Assembly (NCBI GenBank): GCA_963796965.1
Contig: CAWCNS010000008.1
Coordinates: forward strand, 332,379-396,378
Direction of reading: 5' to 3'
DNA: 64,000 nt
DNA from: Calditrichia bacterium
Lineage (GTDB): Bacteria > Calditrichota > Calditrichia > JAJRVZ01
Positions 62,776 to 64,000 of the stretch are shown here, one piece after another. The position numbers were made by a program, and so were the translations under genes. Positions within the stretch are counted from its first letter, which is position 1; each line of letters opens with the position of its first letter. The notes below the pieces were generated by a model, which did not search any database, had not been told where the DNA came from, and saw only the letters and a list, made by a program, of their open reading frames with translations.

Positions 62776-64000
62776 TCAGGAGAATTTATTTACAGCCTGA
62801 AACATGGCAACAATATTTTCAGCGGGTACATTTGCCATAATATTATGGACCTGCTGAAAAACAAATCCCCCGCCGGGTTAAGAATCTTTACTGTTGATTC
62901 ACATGGGCTTCGACCTGCTCAGGGCTGCCATGCGGTAAGATATCCCGCACTCCAACCACCACCCCAAAGGGTAAGTTTACCGCCAAAAGATTTTTTAAGT
63001 TCCGAAGTATTCATTCCCACCGACGTAATTTGGACTGGATTCATAGCGTCCATTCCTGCTTCTATCAAATCATCAAGAATCGGCCAAATCCCTCCGCAAC
63101 TATGAAGCTGGACTTCAACATCTGCCAATTCTTTAGCCCGTTTCCAAAGGCGTGAGTGGTAAGGCTTATAAAATTCCCGGTACATTTCAGGTGAAAACAA
63201 AGGCCCGTTCTGCCCGCCAAGATCTTCCCCTCCAAAAAGGATAATATCAATGTATGGCCCAACCGCACCAAGCCATTTTTCCAGATTATTTAAATAGATA
63301 GACGTTAGTTTTTCAAGAGAGCTCATGAATAGCGTCCGGATATAATGCCATATACATGAGATATTTTTCATTTTTGAATAAATATTGCGGAACTTCAAAT
63401 ATACTTCCCCCAAAAAGACCAACGATGGCCCTGTCTGTCTGTTCACGAAGTACCCTGGCTCTCCTTGCTAATTCTGCAAGGGCATCTTCATTAAGCAAAA
63501 GATGAGCGCCAGGATGTACCGCCGACATCCACATACAATTCTCAAAGGATTCCTCTATATCTTCAAAATTTCCGGAAGAAAATTCGAACGTTTCCAGCGG
63601 GTAATGACATTGTTCAAAATATAAACACCCTTTTTTTTGAACACCCAAATCCCCACCCCCCATCTGACAATAAAAACCAGTCGTCGCCACGTTTTTCTAC
63701 CTTAATGTAGAAGGGTATCAGGCAAGGCGTACCATCCGGCAAAACCCATTCTTTCCAATCGCTATCTTCCAAGAGGAAACCTCTCCCCAATTCGATAGTA
63801 TCAACCTGGAATAATTCCAGAATATCTTCATCGACAATAGCCAATTGTTGTATCATGTCATAAACTCGAATCGGCCTCGGTGACAATCCTAAATATTTAC
63901 GCAGATTCGAATAGGCAATAGCAGAAATACCCGACGAGCGGTGACCGGAAAAATCAATCGGGACTTTATCCGGCTGTTTGTGAGACATATCTGCAAGTAT
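62776..64000 (-). CDS. Uroporphyrinogen decarboxylase / MtaA-CmuA methyltransferase family protein (5' end outside window); frameshifted
   Basis: HKQPDKVPIDFSG, EDLGGQ, LHSCG, DAMNPVQ, LTLWGGG, GGFVFQQVHNI..VPAENI. Confidence 0.85.

Overview
Bacterial genomic DNA of roughly 40% GC with AT-rich spacers. Gene content and signal/lipoprotein peptides suggest an FCB-type diderm such as Calditrichota or KSB1 (inference only). Many genes carry 1-nt frameshifts typical of unpolished long-read consensus. Positions 1-27.6 kb form a SusD-less carbohydrate/sugar-acid locus: PhoD, GH32-like and Asp-box propellers, a DapA-family aldolase, a TonB-dependent receptor, a gluconate 5-dehydrogenase-like SDR, an atypical Nramp-fold transporter, IclR, a divergent transketolase, beta-helix and FG-GAP proteins, and a GH106-like hydrolase. 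Positions 27.6-64 kb are mixed: ZnuA, zwf/pgl, cytochrome c peroxidase, an RND pump, carbonic anhydrase, a solo IS200-type TnpA, two octaheme cytochromes, a Rieske/cytochrome b complex, a PP2C sensor, a CsgG-like lipoprotein and a UroD-family protein. The most striking unannotated signal is intergenic. Most spacers hold one of at least five families of dispersed palindromic elements, often nested. One is a 210-bp MITE with TIRs and a 4-bp target duplication, inserted in the loop of a palindrome of the same family it carries. A candidate IclR operator overlaps two promoters. No rRNA, tRNA or CRISPR array was seen.
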